NCBI GenBank assembly: GCA_040357565.1
Contig: JBDODJ010000056.1
Length of the DNA stretch: 64,000 nucleotides
Reading direction: 5' to 3' (one strand)
Source of the DNA: Cercozoa sp. M6MM
Lineage: Eukaryota > Protista > Endomyxa: Ascetosporea
This document shows positions 51,180 through 64,000 of the stretch, piece by piece. Positions within the stretch are counted from its first letter, which is position 1. Each line of letters opens with the position of its first letter. Under the pieces are notes generated by a model. It saw only the letters and a list, made by a program, of their open reading frames with translations, did not search any database and was not told the origin of the DNA. The position numbers and the translations under genes were made by a program.

Positions 51180-52385
51180 TAGTTCTTGATTTTCGGGTTC
51201 GCGAAAAGCACAAGCGACACCGAGTCGCCGGCGGCGTCACGCAGCGCCTGCATGCGGTTCTCCTCCTCGCGCTTGCGTCGCCTGACACAGAAAAAACTTT
51301 GCATAAGGGGAGAAACAAACAGTGGAAAGAAAGGATTGTACCCAGGACCAGATAGGTCATCGCTCTTGACAAGCAGGCCCTTCATCGGCTCGCCCTTCAT
51401 CAGGATGCGCACTCTCGCCTACGAGCACATGTAACAGATACAAACTACGCAAAGAGAATGTGGTGTGTTGTGCGGTACCCGCATGTTGGCAGGAATGCGC
51501 GCACTGCGCTGTTTCGTGCGCTGTCGCAGAGTGTGCTCCTGCGAGACGCGCTGCTTCACAGCCGGCAACTGCGCCACCTGCTTGACACACACAAGCAAAT
51601 CCCGCACATCACCTGTCGATACACAAGAGCACACAGTACCGAAACGATGCCACCAGTGCGACTCTGTCCGGTCCGTCGCACTCGCGCCAGTCCTACAAAG
51701 GCAGTGTAAATACGTATCCAGCACAGGAAGGTAATCTAAATCACCCTCACGAGCACCAAACGCAGGTGACGGGAACTGAACGTTGTCGTGTCCCCAGAGC
51801 GCCACATCTGACACTACGCAGAGGGAACACAAGAGTGATGATGGCAACACAGACGACAAGACAAGGCTCCAAAGGGCAAAGTGTCGGGTACCGTCAGATT
51901 CATGGTGAAGCACTGTCGACCAGGCGACGCAGTCGCGACACAGCAGGTAGCGATGCGACAGACGTGTCACATCCCTAATGACATGGCGACACCATCACAT
52001 AGCTGCACATACAAGAGGGAGGAGTTAGCTACCTCGGAGCACACTGTGTGTGGAAGGAGATACAGCAGCGTGCACACTGCAACAGCTGCATCGACTGCAT
52101 TGCCTTCTTCTTTCTCTGCACACACAAGCATAGGCACCTGACACCCGATATTGGCCCTGTGTGTAAGAGTTACCTTGGACAGGACCGAGGTGTCCTCCTG
52201 CGCGCCTTCCAAGTCGCCGCTGTTGCGTGCACTGGCACACTCGGGCCACTGACATACGGCGCACCTGTTCCGCCGCGCACACAAGAACACATCCAGTGTA
52301 GTAAGCAATGGTAGAGTAGCCTACTTGTGCGCAGGACAGCGAAAACGCAGAGTGCCACCGTCCATAGGCACTGTAGCAGCCTGTC

Positions 52386-52424
<39 letters not shown>

Positions 52425-52772
52425 GTACAAAAACACCAACAACACAGGGACACATCAGTGCGAGTGTACATGCGCAGCGACGCAACGCCAGTGGTACCAC
52501 CGTCCACACCCTTTGCAGACACAGACCATGTTCAACAAGGTATGCGGGTGCGTGGGAAAAGAAAAGTCGGTACCAGCAACAGCACAGCGAACCAGCACAG
52601 CTACACACTCAAAGTACCACTCATATATATCTATATATATATATATATTTAAGGTGGGGTTTGGAAGAAAGTACATCCATCGGGCGGCTTCGTGTCGCAC
52701 ATGACACCACCGCCGTGACACAACTGGCACACCGTGGCACCCTGCTTGCACTTGCCGCACAGCCACCTGCCA

Positions 52773-52834
<62 letters not shown>

Positions 52835-54171
52835 ACATGGGCACACATGCACACATGCTAACACACAACAGCAAGGAAAAAGAGCACCTCGGTTTCTGCA
52901 CGCCTCGCAGCATGTTCTTGCGGTCCAAGCGCGACAGTTTTAGCACCTGCATAAGAGGGGTGCATTGATCTCGACAGGCCTGCCTGACTATGAGGGCATA
53001 CGGAATCGCGAAGTGCCGTCTCATCCAGCAAATCATCGCCCTACGCAATCATAGCCAATACAGAGAGACAGGCATACATAGCTATATAAAAATAGACATG
53101 TGCAGAGGTACCTGTCGTCGTCGTCGTCGCTGCATTATCTCGGCCAGCAATTCGTCGTCATGTCGTGGCTGTGCACATGGGGGTCATGTATCCTTTGTTG
53201 GAGGCTGTGTATAATTTCAGTCGGTGACTCACGTGATTGACAACCTTGAGGGCCTTCAGTTCCGCGTCCACCTGTCCGCGCGGACGTGCGTATAATAAAC
53301 CCAACAAGGAGCAGCACAACGTACCTCTGCGTCGAACACGGCGGCACCAAACAGCGGCGACTCGGCACAGCTGCGGTGGTACGCGCCTGCCCATGTGTGC
53401 ACATGCATCAGGGAAAGGAAAAAGGAGAGATGGAGGAAAGGTGTACCAAGACAAGGACCGTCACACTCAAGCAGCGCACCGCCTGTGTACACGCACAGTC
53501 ACATATATACATACACGCGTGGTTTCGTGTACCGGCAGCACACTCGGAACACACGCGCTCGCCCTGTCACATACAGAGACATAGACATCAGAGTGCACCA
53601 GCTTGCCCTGGAGAGTTAAAAATACCTTCCAGATGCGACGAGCACCGCGACGTTTCACATCGGCCTGCATTTGTACGAGTCTGAATTTGTACGAGTGTAA
53701 GACGCAGATGGAGATAAACTGTACGTCCTGCAAGGAGAACTCGTCGTCTGCATCATCCATCATGTCTGCAAGCACAGACACAAGTGTTAATGTGCACAGA
53801 CATCTAGTGACACAGGCGTATACCCTTTTCGCTGTAGTCGTCGTCCCTTCGCTTGCTGCAGTCACAGAAATGACACATAGATAGACCAGTAGATAAGGGA
53901 GAATACATACCTGGTGTATACAGCGGTAGCTCTTCTGCGTTTTTTGTGCTGCTACAAACGTGTGGAACTTACAACACACACACACACACACACACACGCA
54001 CACCCACACACACCCACACCCAAACACACACACACCCACACACAGGCATAGACACAAGGCAGAGCAGGGATACCTGGCGCATGGACAGCGCAAGCAGGTG
54101 CTGCCGTTCACGCCGTCGTTTGGCGGCCTCCTTCAGTCGCGGTAGCCAGGTACGTGCCACGGAGCGCATGG

Positions 54172-54222
<51 letters not shown>

Positions 54223-55660
54223 AAGGGATACTGACAGGTCAACAGGGACAACTGGGTGGCAGTAAGGCAGCAGAGTACAGCGAGGGAACTGCGCCACCGT
54301 GGTGATTTGCACTACGATCGCCATCAACTATACAGACACACGAGATGTCAAACACAGCAGAGGTATCTAGCATCAGGCTACATCGTCAAGCTGCGACGGG
54401 CCCTTGTTGGTTTCGTCTTCCTCTGCCTTCAGACACGACTCGACCAGCGGCTACGAGGATAAATACGACGTGATGGGCAGGAACACAGAAAACAGGCACG
54501 GACAGTAGCACCTCCAGAGTGCTCATAAACTGCTGCTGTTCGGCCAGTGACTGTACCTGTGTACCACACCACCCAAGTAGGTACCTACAGGAAGGGAAGG
54601 GAGAGGAGAAAGGCTGCGGCCTACTTCGTTCGAAGTGAGTCGACGCAGCAGATCGCGCGCATTTGGACCGGTCGCCAGTGCCTACAGAAAGTAGAAACTC
54701 ACATCGTCGGTCTCTCAACTGATGCGTGTAGACAAAGAGTACGCGCAACGAATCATCACCGCCGTCACCGACCACATCCTGTCGCACAAAATAGATACAG
54801 ATAAGGCGTGACCAAGATATCAATTATCGTGCCAGTGGTACCAGAGCCTTGCGCCAGAAGTCATCGTCGCCCACGTCGAGTTCACTCTCGTTGGAGTGCT
54901 GTAAATTTCCATAGCATAGAAGACATTGGTGCTAAAAACCAATTATACCAGTTGAGACACTGCTGAACCGAGCTCGTGCGTTGTCACTGTCGTACTCTGT
55001 GTTGTACAACACAGTCAGACACCCCACATAAATACCACTCACACACATGCACAATCTAGAACACAGCGCACCTCGGCCATGATGCGGTCGATGTCGTATT
55101 TGTCGCTCTCGTCCTCGTCCTCATCGGCGTCCTCCTTGGATTTGCCGGTGTCCTGGAGTGCCAATGTGCCCAGTCCTACACAGAAGTACAGATGGACTGA
55201 TCAAACAAGCAACTCAAGAAGGAAGTAGGGTGGCTACGCAGCATGGAGTCGAGTGCCGACCGGTCCTCCTCGGGAACAATGCCCCTGGCCTTCTTGTCGC
55301 TCGTGTCGCCGGTGATGCGGTTCAGCACTGCAGCAACATGGCGATACATACGGAGATACATAAGACACACAAGACACCAGACACAGGTACCATTGCGATC
55401 AAGCGAGAGTTTCTGCGAGGCCCGGATGAACTGTACCACACATGCGATCAGAATAACAGTAGTGAAGGACTCAGTGGGAAGAAGGAAGAGTACCATCTGT
55501 TGCTCGTAGGAGTTGCGCGTGACCAGGCGGTACACAGTGACTGGTCTGGTCTGCCCGATGCGGTGGCAGCGTGCGCAGGCCTGGATGTCCTGTTGCGGGT
55601 TCCAGTCGGCGTCGAACATGATCACCGTGTCCGCCGCTGTCAGGTTGAGACCGACGCCAC

Positions 55661-55743
<83 letters not shown>

Positions 55744-56308
55744 GGCATAACATACACCAATACAGGAGAGTCAGGAGGGTACCAGCACGCGTGGTCAACA
55801 AGAAGGCGAAGCGACGCGGTTGTCCATTGGCGTCCTGTGCGCATACACGTGTCAGTGTTGGATCACACGTGTCACACGGCTCAAAGCATACCAGTGTCGG
55901 GTCGGTAAAGCGCTCCAGTGCAGCCGCACGGTCGTGCGACCGAGTGGAACCGTCGATACTGCAGGTGACAACGCACACAGAAAGGAATGACAATCACACG
56001 CGAGTTGAGAGTGCAAAGTGTACCGTTCGTAGGACATGCAACGCCATCGCAGAATGTCCTCGATCAGGTTGAGCACTCGCTTCATCTGCGAAAAGATGAG
56101 CACGCGGTGTCCCTCTGCGCATTAACGTTGGTGTGTGATACTTCATTCAAGGTAACACAGACAGACCGACAGACAGAGACAGACAGACAGACAGGTGGGG
56201 AGTACCACCACGCAGTCGTTGCAACAGCTTGTCCAGCAGAATCATCTTGCCACTGCACGCAAGCATGCGCTCGACAAAGAAAGACTCGGCCGTCTTTGAA
56301 GGGTCCTG

Positions 56309-56356
<48 letters not shown>

Positions 56357-56366
56357 NNNNNNNNNN

Positions 56367-56433
<67 letters not shown>

Positions 56434-58341
56434 CCGTAGACTTACACAATACCCAACCATGACTTGTGTTGGCACTTACCTTGGCCACCGCCTTCATGAA
56501 GGCCGCGTCGCCTGTCTCCTTCTCCATCACGCCCTGTGTTTATTCCACATGAGTCCATCTCATGTCCATAACGTTAGTCCACACGCGCAGCTACCTCGAT
56601 GAGGAACGGGTGATTGCACACCTTGCGCAGCTGCACATATGAGCATGCATGTGTGCAATCACAGGTAACACACAAGACGTACCTCCATTTCGACGAGCAT
56701 CAACTTGGGGATCACCTCCGTGTTGCCTGCAGCAGTTTCGTACAGAGTGTGCGCAGGCAGCAAAGCACAAAAAATAGTACCATTGGTAGCCACCAAAAAG
56801 TTGCGGTTACGCTCGTACACGGCGCGGTAATACATCCTGCAGGCAAATAGAAAAGGTGACGGGGAGGGGAAGGGCAGGCAGCTACTTTTGCTTGGTCGTC
56901 ATCTCAACCGGCAGGATCGTTTCCTTCTTGGGTGGCAGCGCCTCCACCGTGGTTTTGAGGCGACGCAGCATGAAGGGCCGGATGCGCTCGAATAAAGCTG
57001 TTTGTAGAACAGAGGCATTACTCATGGAGCAGGCACAAAAATACAAGCAGTGTACCTTTTGCCTGCGCAGCAGCGTCGTTCTCGTACCTGCTCATATTGC
57101 ACAAACAAACCTATTGATGTTGGAGGCGGGGTAGAGAAAAAAGAGCTACTTGGCGGCGAATTCTCTCTCATCGGCAAATTGCTCGTCGTGTAAGAACCTG
57201 CACATACGCGCACGAGTCCACAGACCGTAAAGGGCAGGAGACAGAGGCGTGGCTACAACAGCAAACTCCAGAGTTCCTCGAGACTGTTTTGCACGGGCGT
57301 GCCCGTCAGCAGCAGGCGGCGCTTGATGTCCATCTGTCAGCAGGATCAAGGGATACCCACGATACAGGGACACATCGAAAGAAAGGAACACAAGACGTAC
57401 CTTTGTCAGGGCTTCACAAAGCTTTGACGTGCGCGACTTGAGTCGGTGTCCTGCATGCACAAGCAGAAAAACTTGTTAAAGTCAGAGAGTCCACGCGAGG
57501 TGGCCGAAGGCAGCAGGTGACAGGCACGCACCCTCGTCCACGATGAGTTCCTCGAATGTAAATGCGCTCAGATACTGGACGTCTTGCACAACGGTTTCAT
57601 ACCTGCCATGCGGACACATAGTGCTGGTCAGGGTTAGCAGCACGTGCTAGTTGAAGAGTACGTGGTGAGCAGCACGTGGAACTTGGGAATGCGCTCCTCC
57701 TCCTCCTCCTTCTCCTGCTGACACATTTTAATGTTGCGTGAAAATCTAAAGGAAAGGGACAGAGGGCCTACGAAGGGGAAGTAGAACTCGTATCGGCGAA
57801 TCAGTTCACGTGACTCGGCACCTAAGCACCGTCAGCCACCGTCAGTTGAATGGTGGACTGGCACGCAGTGATGTGTCCCAAACGAGTGTACCCTTGTGCG
57901 GATCGTGGTAAACAACGACGTTCATGTCGGTCCAGGTCTCGAGCGTGCGTTTCCAGTGACTTAGAGTAGACAGCGGCACCACGACCTGTCATTACCATCA
58001 CACATACACAGAGGCACACTTTGTTCAGTCACTCTAGAGTATCATACTAGAAAGGGGCCGCGCACGTTGCACTCGGCGTACAAGTGCTGCAGCAGCGCCG
58101 TCGACTGCACGGTCTTGCCGAGGCCCATCTCGTCGGCGAGGATGCCATTGCGCTTGGACAGCACGAGTCGGATGAGCCAGTTGACGCCATCCAGTTCTGC
58201 GCAACAACAGCAACAACAGCGGTAACAGCAATTGCTTCCGTCCGGGCGAATGATCGAGATACGGTAGGAGCGGAGTTTGTTGCCGTTCTTGTAGATGGGC
58301 GACTTGTCCTGTGCACGTGTTAGATGTGAGTACTGCACATG

Positions 58342-58389
<48 letters not shown>

Positions 58390-58399
58390 NNNNNNNNNN

Positions 58400-58463
<64 letters not shown>

Positions 58464-60003
58464 CACAGACACACAGACACACACACACACACACAGACGC
58501 AGACACACACACAGGAGCTGGTGAAAGGATGTACGTAGTAGCGCAAACGACGCGATTCGGGCAGTTCGGACTGATAGGTGAGGATGTTAAGATAAGGAGC
58601 ATATGAGTAGAAGACAAAGGACGCACCTTCTCCAGGTTGCGGTGCAGCAAATCGGACGGCACAATTTGGAATCGCTCGTACTCAGTGATCTGTCCGAAGA
58701 ACACACTGTGTGGCAGCCACTCACCTTTTAGCCACAAGATTGTACCTTCTGAATGATCTCGGGTCGCTGCGTGAGTCGCGAGACGTGTTCCCACGTGGCC
58801 TGCGAGTAGGACAGGCCTCTCCATCGCACGAGGTACTCCTTCTCCTCCTCCTCTTCATCTTCCTCCTGTGATTCATATGCATAACCACCACGTATGTATA
58901 GGAAGCAACAGGTAGTACTTCGTCCTCCATTTTCGGCATCGACTCGAGCCCCTTGAACTTCTCCTTGTCGTCATTATTTTCCTTTTCCTTGCCTTTCTCT
59001 GCTAACGCAATTGCAAAAGTAGGATGAAACACGTGTAACGTTTCAGTTGAGTGACCACCTTGCGTACCACGTGTGACAGCGCGCTGCGCAAAGATGCGGT
59101 CCACGCGGAAGAACTGCGGGTCGAACGGGTTGCCGTCAAAGTCGTGAAAGTACTGTATTCAGACACATACACATACATTTTGTCTGAGCAAACAGTGAGT
59201 TTGTTTTGTGGTACCTTTTCACGCAGTATGTTTAACTTTGCACGGAAACGTCGAACACGCGATCGAACCGACATAAAGCCGAAGCGTTCCTGTGCACATA
59301 GCTACCTCTAGCACGTATTTTTGACAGAAACGCACCTTCATGGACTCCTCGTCGAGCCACTCGACGTCCCAGTACGACTTGCCCTGGATCTGCGCACAAC
59401 CACAACAAATCAGAATAAAAGACAAACCAGAGAAAGGCGAACCTTGAACAAGAACTGCTCCTGCTCGTGCCAGGCCTGCGATCGCACCAAGTACACAAAA
59501 TGCAGACACATACATCAGAGAACGCAGTAAGTACGTCGGCGCTATCGACAGTATCGTCGAATGGCAGCGGCGGGATCTGCCACGACAGAATCCATCCACG
59601 CGACTGTACAAATCCAACAAACTACACCACAAGCACAAAGCAAAACAACGACTGCACAGAGAGAGGCAAGGTGCATACCACGTCACCGTAGATTTTCTTG
59701 ACGGCTTCGCTCACGGTGTTGGGTGCACCTGCAGAGCACACACCGTGCATCATGAGTGATTGCAATCTTGAGTGTGTGCAAGTTTTCTACCGAAAGGGAC
59801 GTTGATCAGAGTGTCGTTGAACTCCTTGCCTTCCCGGCGCAGTGCCTGGTTTTCGTGGTGTCTGTTTCACACACATAAACACACGCCTCATGCTTGGGTA
59901 CAAACGTGTGGGACAATGCGCACCTACGAGCAACGAGATGGAAGAACTCCTCCCACTGCATCTGTCGGTCCTTGACCTCCTCTCTGTGCCCACATGTCCC
60001 AGT

Positions 60004-60053
<50 letters not shown>
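51179..60053 (-). CDS. CHD-family (CHD6-9-like) chromatin remodeller with C-terminal NSD-type PHD fingers; 5'-partial
   Basis: Chromodomains (KSYWDVEW; [17 protein letters not shown]), [19 protein letters not shown]|[66 protein letters not shown]; then [41 protein letters not shown]. Confidence 0.92.
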
Positions 60054-60063
60054 NNNNNNNNNN
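60054..60063. other. Assembly gap hiding the 5' ends of two divergent genes
   Basis: Mid-gene sequence of CHD on the left and of UCHL5 on the right. Confidence 0.85.
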
Positions 60064-60074
60064 CCGCACGATCG

Positions 60075-60116
<42 letters not shown>

Positions 60117-61244
60117 CCGTCGTTTTGTGCAGGCGTTCGAATCGAAGCCCCTTTGTCTGAATTTAAGGAGTTCACAAAGGACCTGCCTCCTGACTTGCGA
60201 GGAGAGATGCTTCAGCACTCAGACTCCATTCGAGGTAAAACAGTATGCTGACTGTCCGTTGACCAAATTTCCCATCTTCGTTTGTGTATCAGAGGCACAC
60301 AATTCCTTCCGTCGTGCTGATGCTTTCTTTGTGGAACGTGATCATGATGACGATTCCTCCGGAGCTGTAACTTTGCTGTCCCGTCTCATATGTTTGCATT
60401 TGTGTGGTACACGAGCAGGACCCATTCCACTTCGTGGCCTTCACTCCAAAGAATGGACGTGTCTATGAACTCGATGGTCTGCAGAGCGGTATTTCATCTC
60501 TTTGTCATATGTGTGTTGCTTTCTGCACGACTCCGGCTGTGTGCAGGGCCTGTGGATCTCGGCGAAGCTGATGATTGGCTGGTTCGTGCTGCCGATGTAG
60601 CATACTTTCGTTGGTCATAGATCGGCTAGACTTACGAAACCCGTGTATTTATCCCAGGTGATCGGTCAGCGCATGCAGCACTACCAGGGCGAACTTCGGT
60701 TCACTCTGCTTGCTTTGGTAGGGACCGTTTGTCACACTGAGCAACACATTTTAACGTTCTGAAACGCTTCTCCAGGTCGCCAGCGACTATGCGAAATGGT
60801 GCCGCCAACGCGACCTTTTGAAGAGCAGCAACGAAGACAGCAGCGAGCTGCCACATCTAGAAATGCTTATTCACGAACATGAGGTGCTTTTATTTTCCAT
60901 TTGTTTGATTTTTTGTGGAGACTCATCGGTCAGTGCTGATACAGGAAAAGCACCGGCTGTTCGAAGAGGAGAACAGACGCCGAAAGCACAACTACGTACT
61001 CAATCGCTCTTTTCCTTTACCGCTCAAGTGCTGATGCATGATGCATGCCTGTGCTTTTGTGCAGGTCCCTTTCATGTTCGCGCTGCTGCGTGAGCTCGCA
61101 AAGGCAAATGAGTTGGAGGTACACTGCTGCAGTCTATTGTGTGGGGTTTTGGTCGCTCTGCTGTTACAGTTCTACCGTCGTGAGAAGGGTCTCATTAATG
61201 TGGCGCAGCAACAGCAACAACAACGACAGCGGCAGCAGTCTTGA
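60064..61244 (+). CDS. UCHL5: Ubiquitin C-terminal hydrolase UCHL5/UCH37, 5'-partial
   Basis: LSEFKEFTKDL..IR|EAHNSFRR, FHFVAF..GRVYELDGL, LRFTLLAL, EENRRRKHNY|VPFMFALLRELA. Confidence 0.92.
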
Positions 61245-62188
61245 CTGTTCACACTTTATCCTGCCGTTTATACAGTATCGTGACACGGTGCGTGAAACCA
61301 CAACGCAACAACGGATGTCCGCGCGACGAGGGGGCAACTTGCTCGATATTTAACGTGTTACGAAATGATATTCTCCATCCGGTCTGTCAGATCTGTCTGA
61401 GTTCTGGCGTGCACCGCGCGGGAGATAGTTCTTCACTCAGGACTTTTGAAGAGTGGTGTATTGTGTCTGTCTGGACCCTACCCTCCGAGAGTGTTGCTAA
61501 CCTTCTTACCCTGTGCTCGGTAGACTGACCTCGAAAGAGCATAGATTTTGCTCCTTTCCTGAAAAGGCTCTCTACTAACCAGCGCAGAGAGCCTTTCTTT
61601 TTCTCTTCTACGTCCCTCCTTCTCCGTCCTTCCTTCCCGACCAGTCTACTTCCTTCTTTTTCCTGGCATAATACTCTTTTGCACTGCCGAAGCCTCAATT
61701 TCTGAAAGGCGCTCCGTCTTTCTCGGCGTCGATTTTCGTTGTGAGTTATCAGAAGATTCGCATTTTTGCCGCCAGAACAGTTCACTGCTTCAGGCTTATA
61801 GTCGTCAGAATGTATTAATTAAGGCTGCGTTTAAACGGGCAACTGATACTGTACAGTGGTGTAGCGCGTTTCCAGTGCGTTGGAGCACCGCACCGGACAT
61901 CACTTTGCGTTCTGGTGGGTTGCAGATCCCGGGATCCTGTGCTAATGATTCCAAGCCTCTCTCCATATCGGCACTTGGCAAAAAACTCGACTCGTGCACT
62001 TTTTGAGACGCTTATTTTCTGCCGATCTGGCACCCTGTGCGTTTCCCCGCACTGCATGCATTCTGGCGGCGTAGTTTGGACACATTATGTGACCCTGGAT
62101 CGTTTTGGTTTCGTTTTTTGCCGAGTTGGGTTTTTGAGTTGAGTTTGAGTAAAGTTGATTTGGCACGTGTTTCCCGTTGACTGCGCAG

Positions 62189-63452
62189 ATGTCGTCGATA
62201 CCGAATCCATTCGACACAGACCAACGGCAGCATTTTCCGGCGCTAGATGGTGTGTTTCTTGCCGCCGTCACGCAGGACGGCGACCGGAAGAAGAAGGGCG
62301 ACATGTTCGACGAGCTGCAGAGCTTCTCGCCGCGTCCATCGCCGCTGCCGCGTCAGTTAAACCGCAGTCGCTCCTCAAAAGCGGTACATTTTCGCTTGCC
62401 TGTGTGTGTATTGACTGTCTCTGCTTCCTAGGTGGCAACTCCTCTCACTGTTTCGCGCGTCCGTCTGCCGACCGAGAAAAACCCGCTGGACGACACCGAC
62501 GTGCAGCGGCAGTGCGAGGCCTACTTTCAACGTGAACGGTACCGCCTTTCTGCACACAGGTCCTGTTTTACTTGTGTATGTGTGTGTGTGTGTGTACTCT
62601 GAGCATATAGGGAAAATCCGACGCTGCAGTCACCGGAGCAGGTCCAGAGGCCGCATGCGCTTCCAACAACACCGCCGTTTGGCAGGGGTGCCGTGTTCTC
62701 GAACCTCGACTTTTTTTAGACGTATGTGCAATCTATACGACAGAAAAACGACGCACGCAAGACAAACTGCAGGCGCCGGCTGCGACGATTCCCAATCCTA
62801 CTCCCGTACCATGAAACAGCAGTGTGCAATCAGAAAAACGAATTTCGATGCTTTCTTGTGTTCACTAGATGATCATCACCAAAGCGATGCAACGGTACAA
62901 CCTCGAAGTGCGAAGGGTACCCATCTATTTCAGTTTTTATATCCTCGGGTTTTTCTTTGCATCTGCATGTGTGTGTCCTCAGATGCAACAGGAGGACTCG
63001 TCGCTCTTGCTGTCCAGCTCGTCCCAGTTGGAGACAGTGCACGAGCACAGGTAGCACACTGCAGTGCCTCACTTTGCATGTTTGTGCTTTACTTGTGTTA
63101 ACTCGTAGCAGTGTCTCCATTCTGAAGGGCACGCACCTGTCCTTCCGTTCCTCCGACAGTCAAACCACGCTGCAGCCGAGCAGCAACAACAGTCGCGGCG
63201 GCCACCAGCGCGCCAGCAACGTCGTTGAAAGCGACGCAGGCCACGAAAACGAAGCTTTTGCAACGCCAACACGCGGACAGGGCGAGCGTCCTGTGGGTAT
63301 CTTCATCCGCATATGTGTGTGTGCTAACCTGTGTGTACCCCTGTATAGCTGATCGCGCGCACCACCTGCGACATCGGCATTACGGGATGGCCGACAAGAG
63401 CGCCTTCTCTATCCATGAGGCCGCCTCTGCTGCTGGGTGTGTTGGTGTTTAC

Positions 63453-63507
<55 letters not shown>

Positions 63508-64000
63508 TGTGGGACCCATGGGGGCCCATGGGTGGGGGTGGGGCCATGGGTGTGGGGGTTACAAATGACTTGTACTGTTGTCGGACAGGGTGCGGCGGTC
63601 GAGTCGACCACGTGTGACAGAGTACCCGTTTCTGTACTCGCCCATCCAGCAAGACAAGGAGAACAAGCCCGATAGCGTCGGCGAGAGGGAAGAGTCACCG
63701 CAGTCCAAGTCACTGTCGCTTTCAACTTTCAGTGTTGAGTCGCCGCAGCACAAGGTACACCGTGCATGCTCTCTGTGTTTCTCCGTGCATGCTCATCTGT
63801 GTGCGTGCAGCAAAAGCGTCCGCAGGCAAGGGAAGTGGCACACCACAGCAACAGTAGCTTGTTGCTATCTCTCTCGGTGATTCACGAACACACTCGCGAG
63901 GACGATAGCAGCAGCGCTGCGACTGATCGCACTGCCAACAACAGCGGCAGTGACCGGAAGGAGCAAGACAGGGCAGGCACTATCAACCGACTGCAAAAAA
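62189..64000 (+). CDS. Hypothetical Ser/Pro-rich multi-exon protein, 3'-partial
   Basis: MSSIPNPFDTDQ.. followed by many short low-complexity exons and sense (TG)n introns. Confidence 0.55.

Noticed and set aside
61387-62086. Possible small minus-strand gene between UCHL5 and the last gene
   Set aside because: No recognisable motif and no consistent exon chain could be built
1-64000. Alternative genetic code, non-GT-AG introns, CRISPR arrays, rRNA/tRNA genes
   Set aside because: In the conserved genes I spliced, all in-frame stops fall in GT-AG introns; no repeat-spacer array or RNA gene seen by eye

Overview
Gene-dense, very intron-rich eukaryotic (protist-like) nuclear DNA with standard code and short (~45-80 nt) GT-AG introns, so the six-frame ORF track fragments every gene. 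By manual splicing I can support: a kinesin-8, an aldehyde dehydrogenase, cystinosin, MAK16, a spartin/senescence-domain protein, a divergent formin-like protein, a SAP30BP/HCNGP-like protein, a 3-hydroxyisobutyrate-dehydrogenase-family enzyme, an EF-hand protein, an RsuA-family pseudouridine synthase, POP5, a peroxisomal ABCD transporter, a GST, a CHD helicase with C-terminal NSD-type PHD fingers, UCHL5 (5' part lost in a gap) and several hypothetical genes. There are two decayed copies of an APE/RT non-LTR retrotransposon ending in (AACT)n, plus two short non-coding elements sharing its 3' terminus. Most notable: (1) an unusual intron code, with donors GTRC lacking +5G, (UG)n tracts on the sense strand, and sometimes complementary intron ends; (2) a LINE family with a structured 3' RNA domain shared by short passenger elements, one copy inserted with a 13-bp TSD into the 3' end of the CHD gene; (3) unusual protein architectures. 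Exon boundaries are manual inferences; the organism is not determined.
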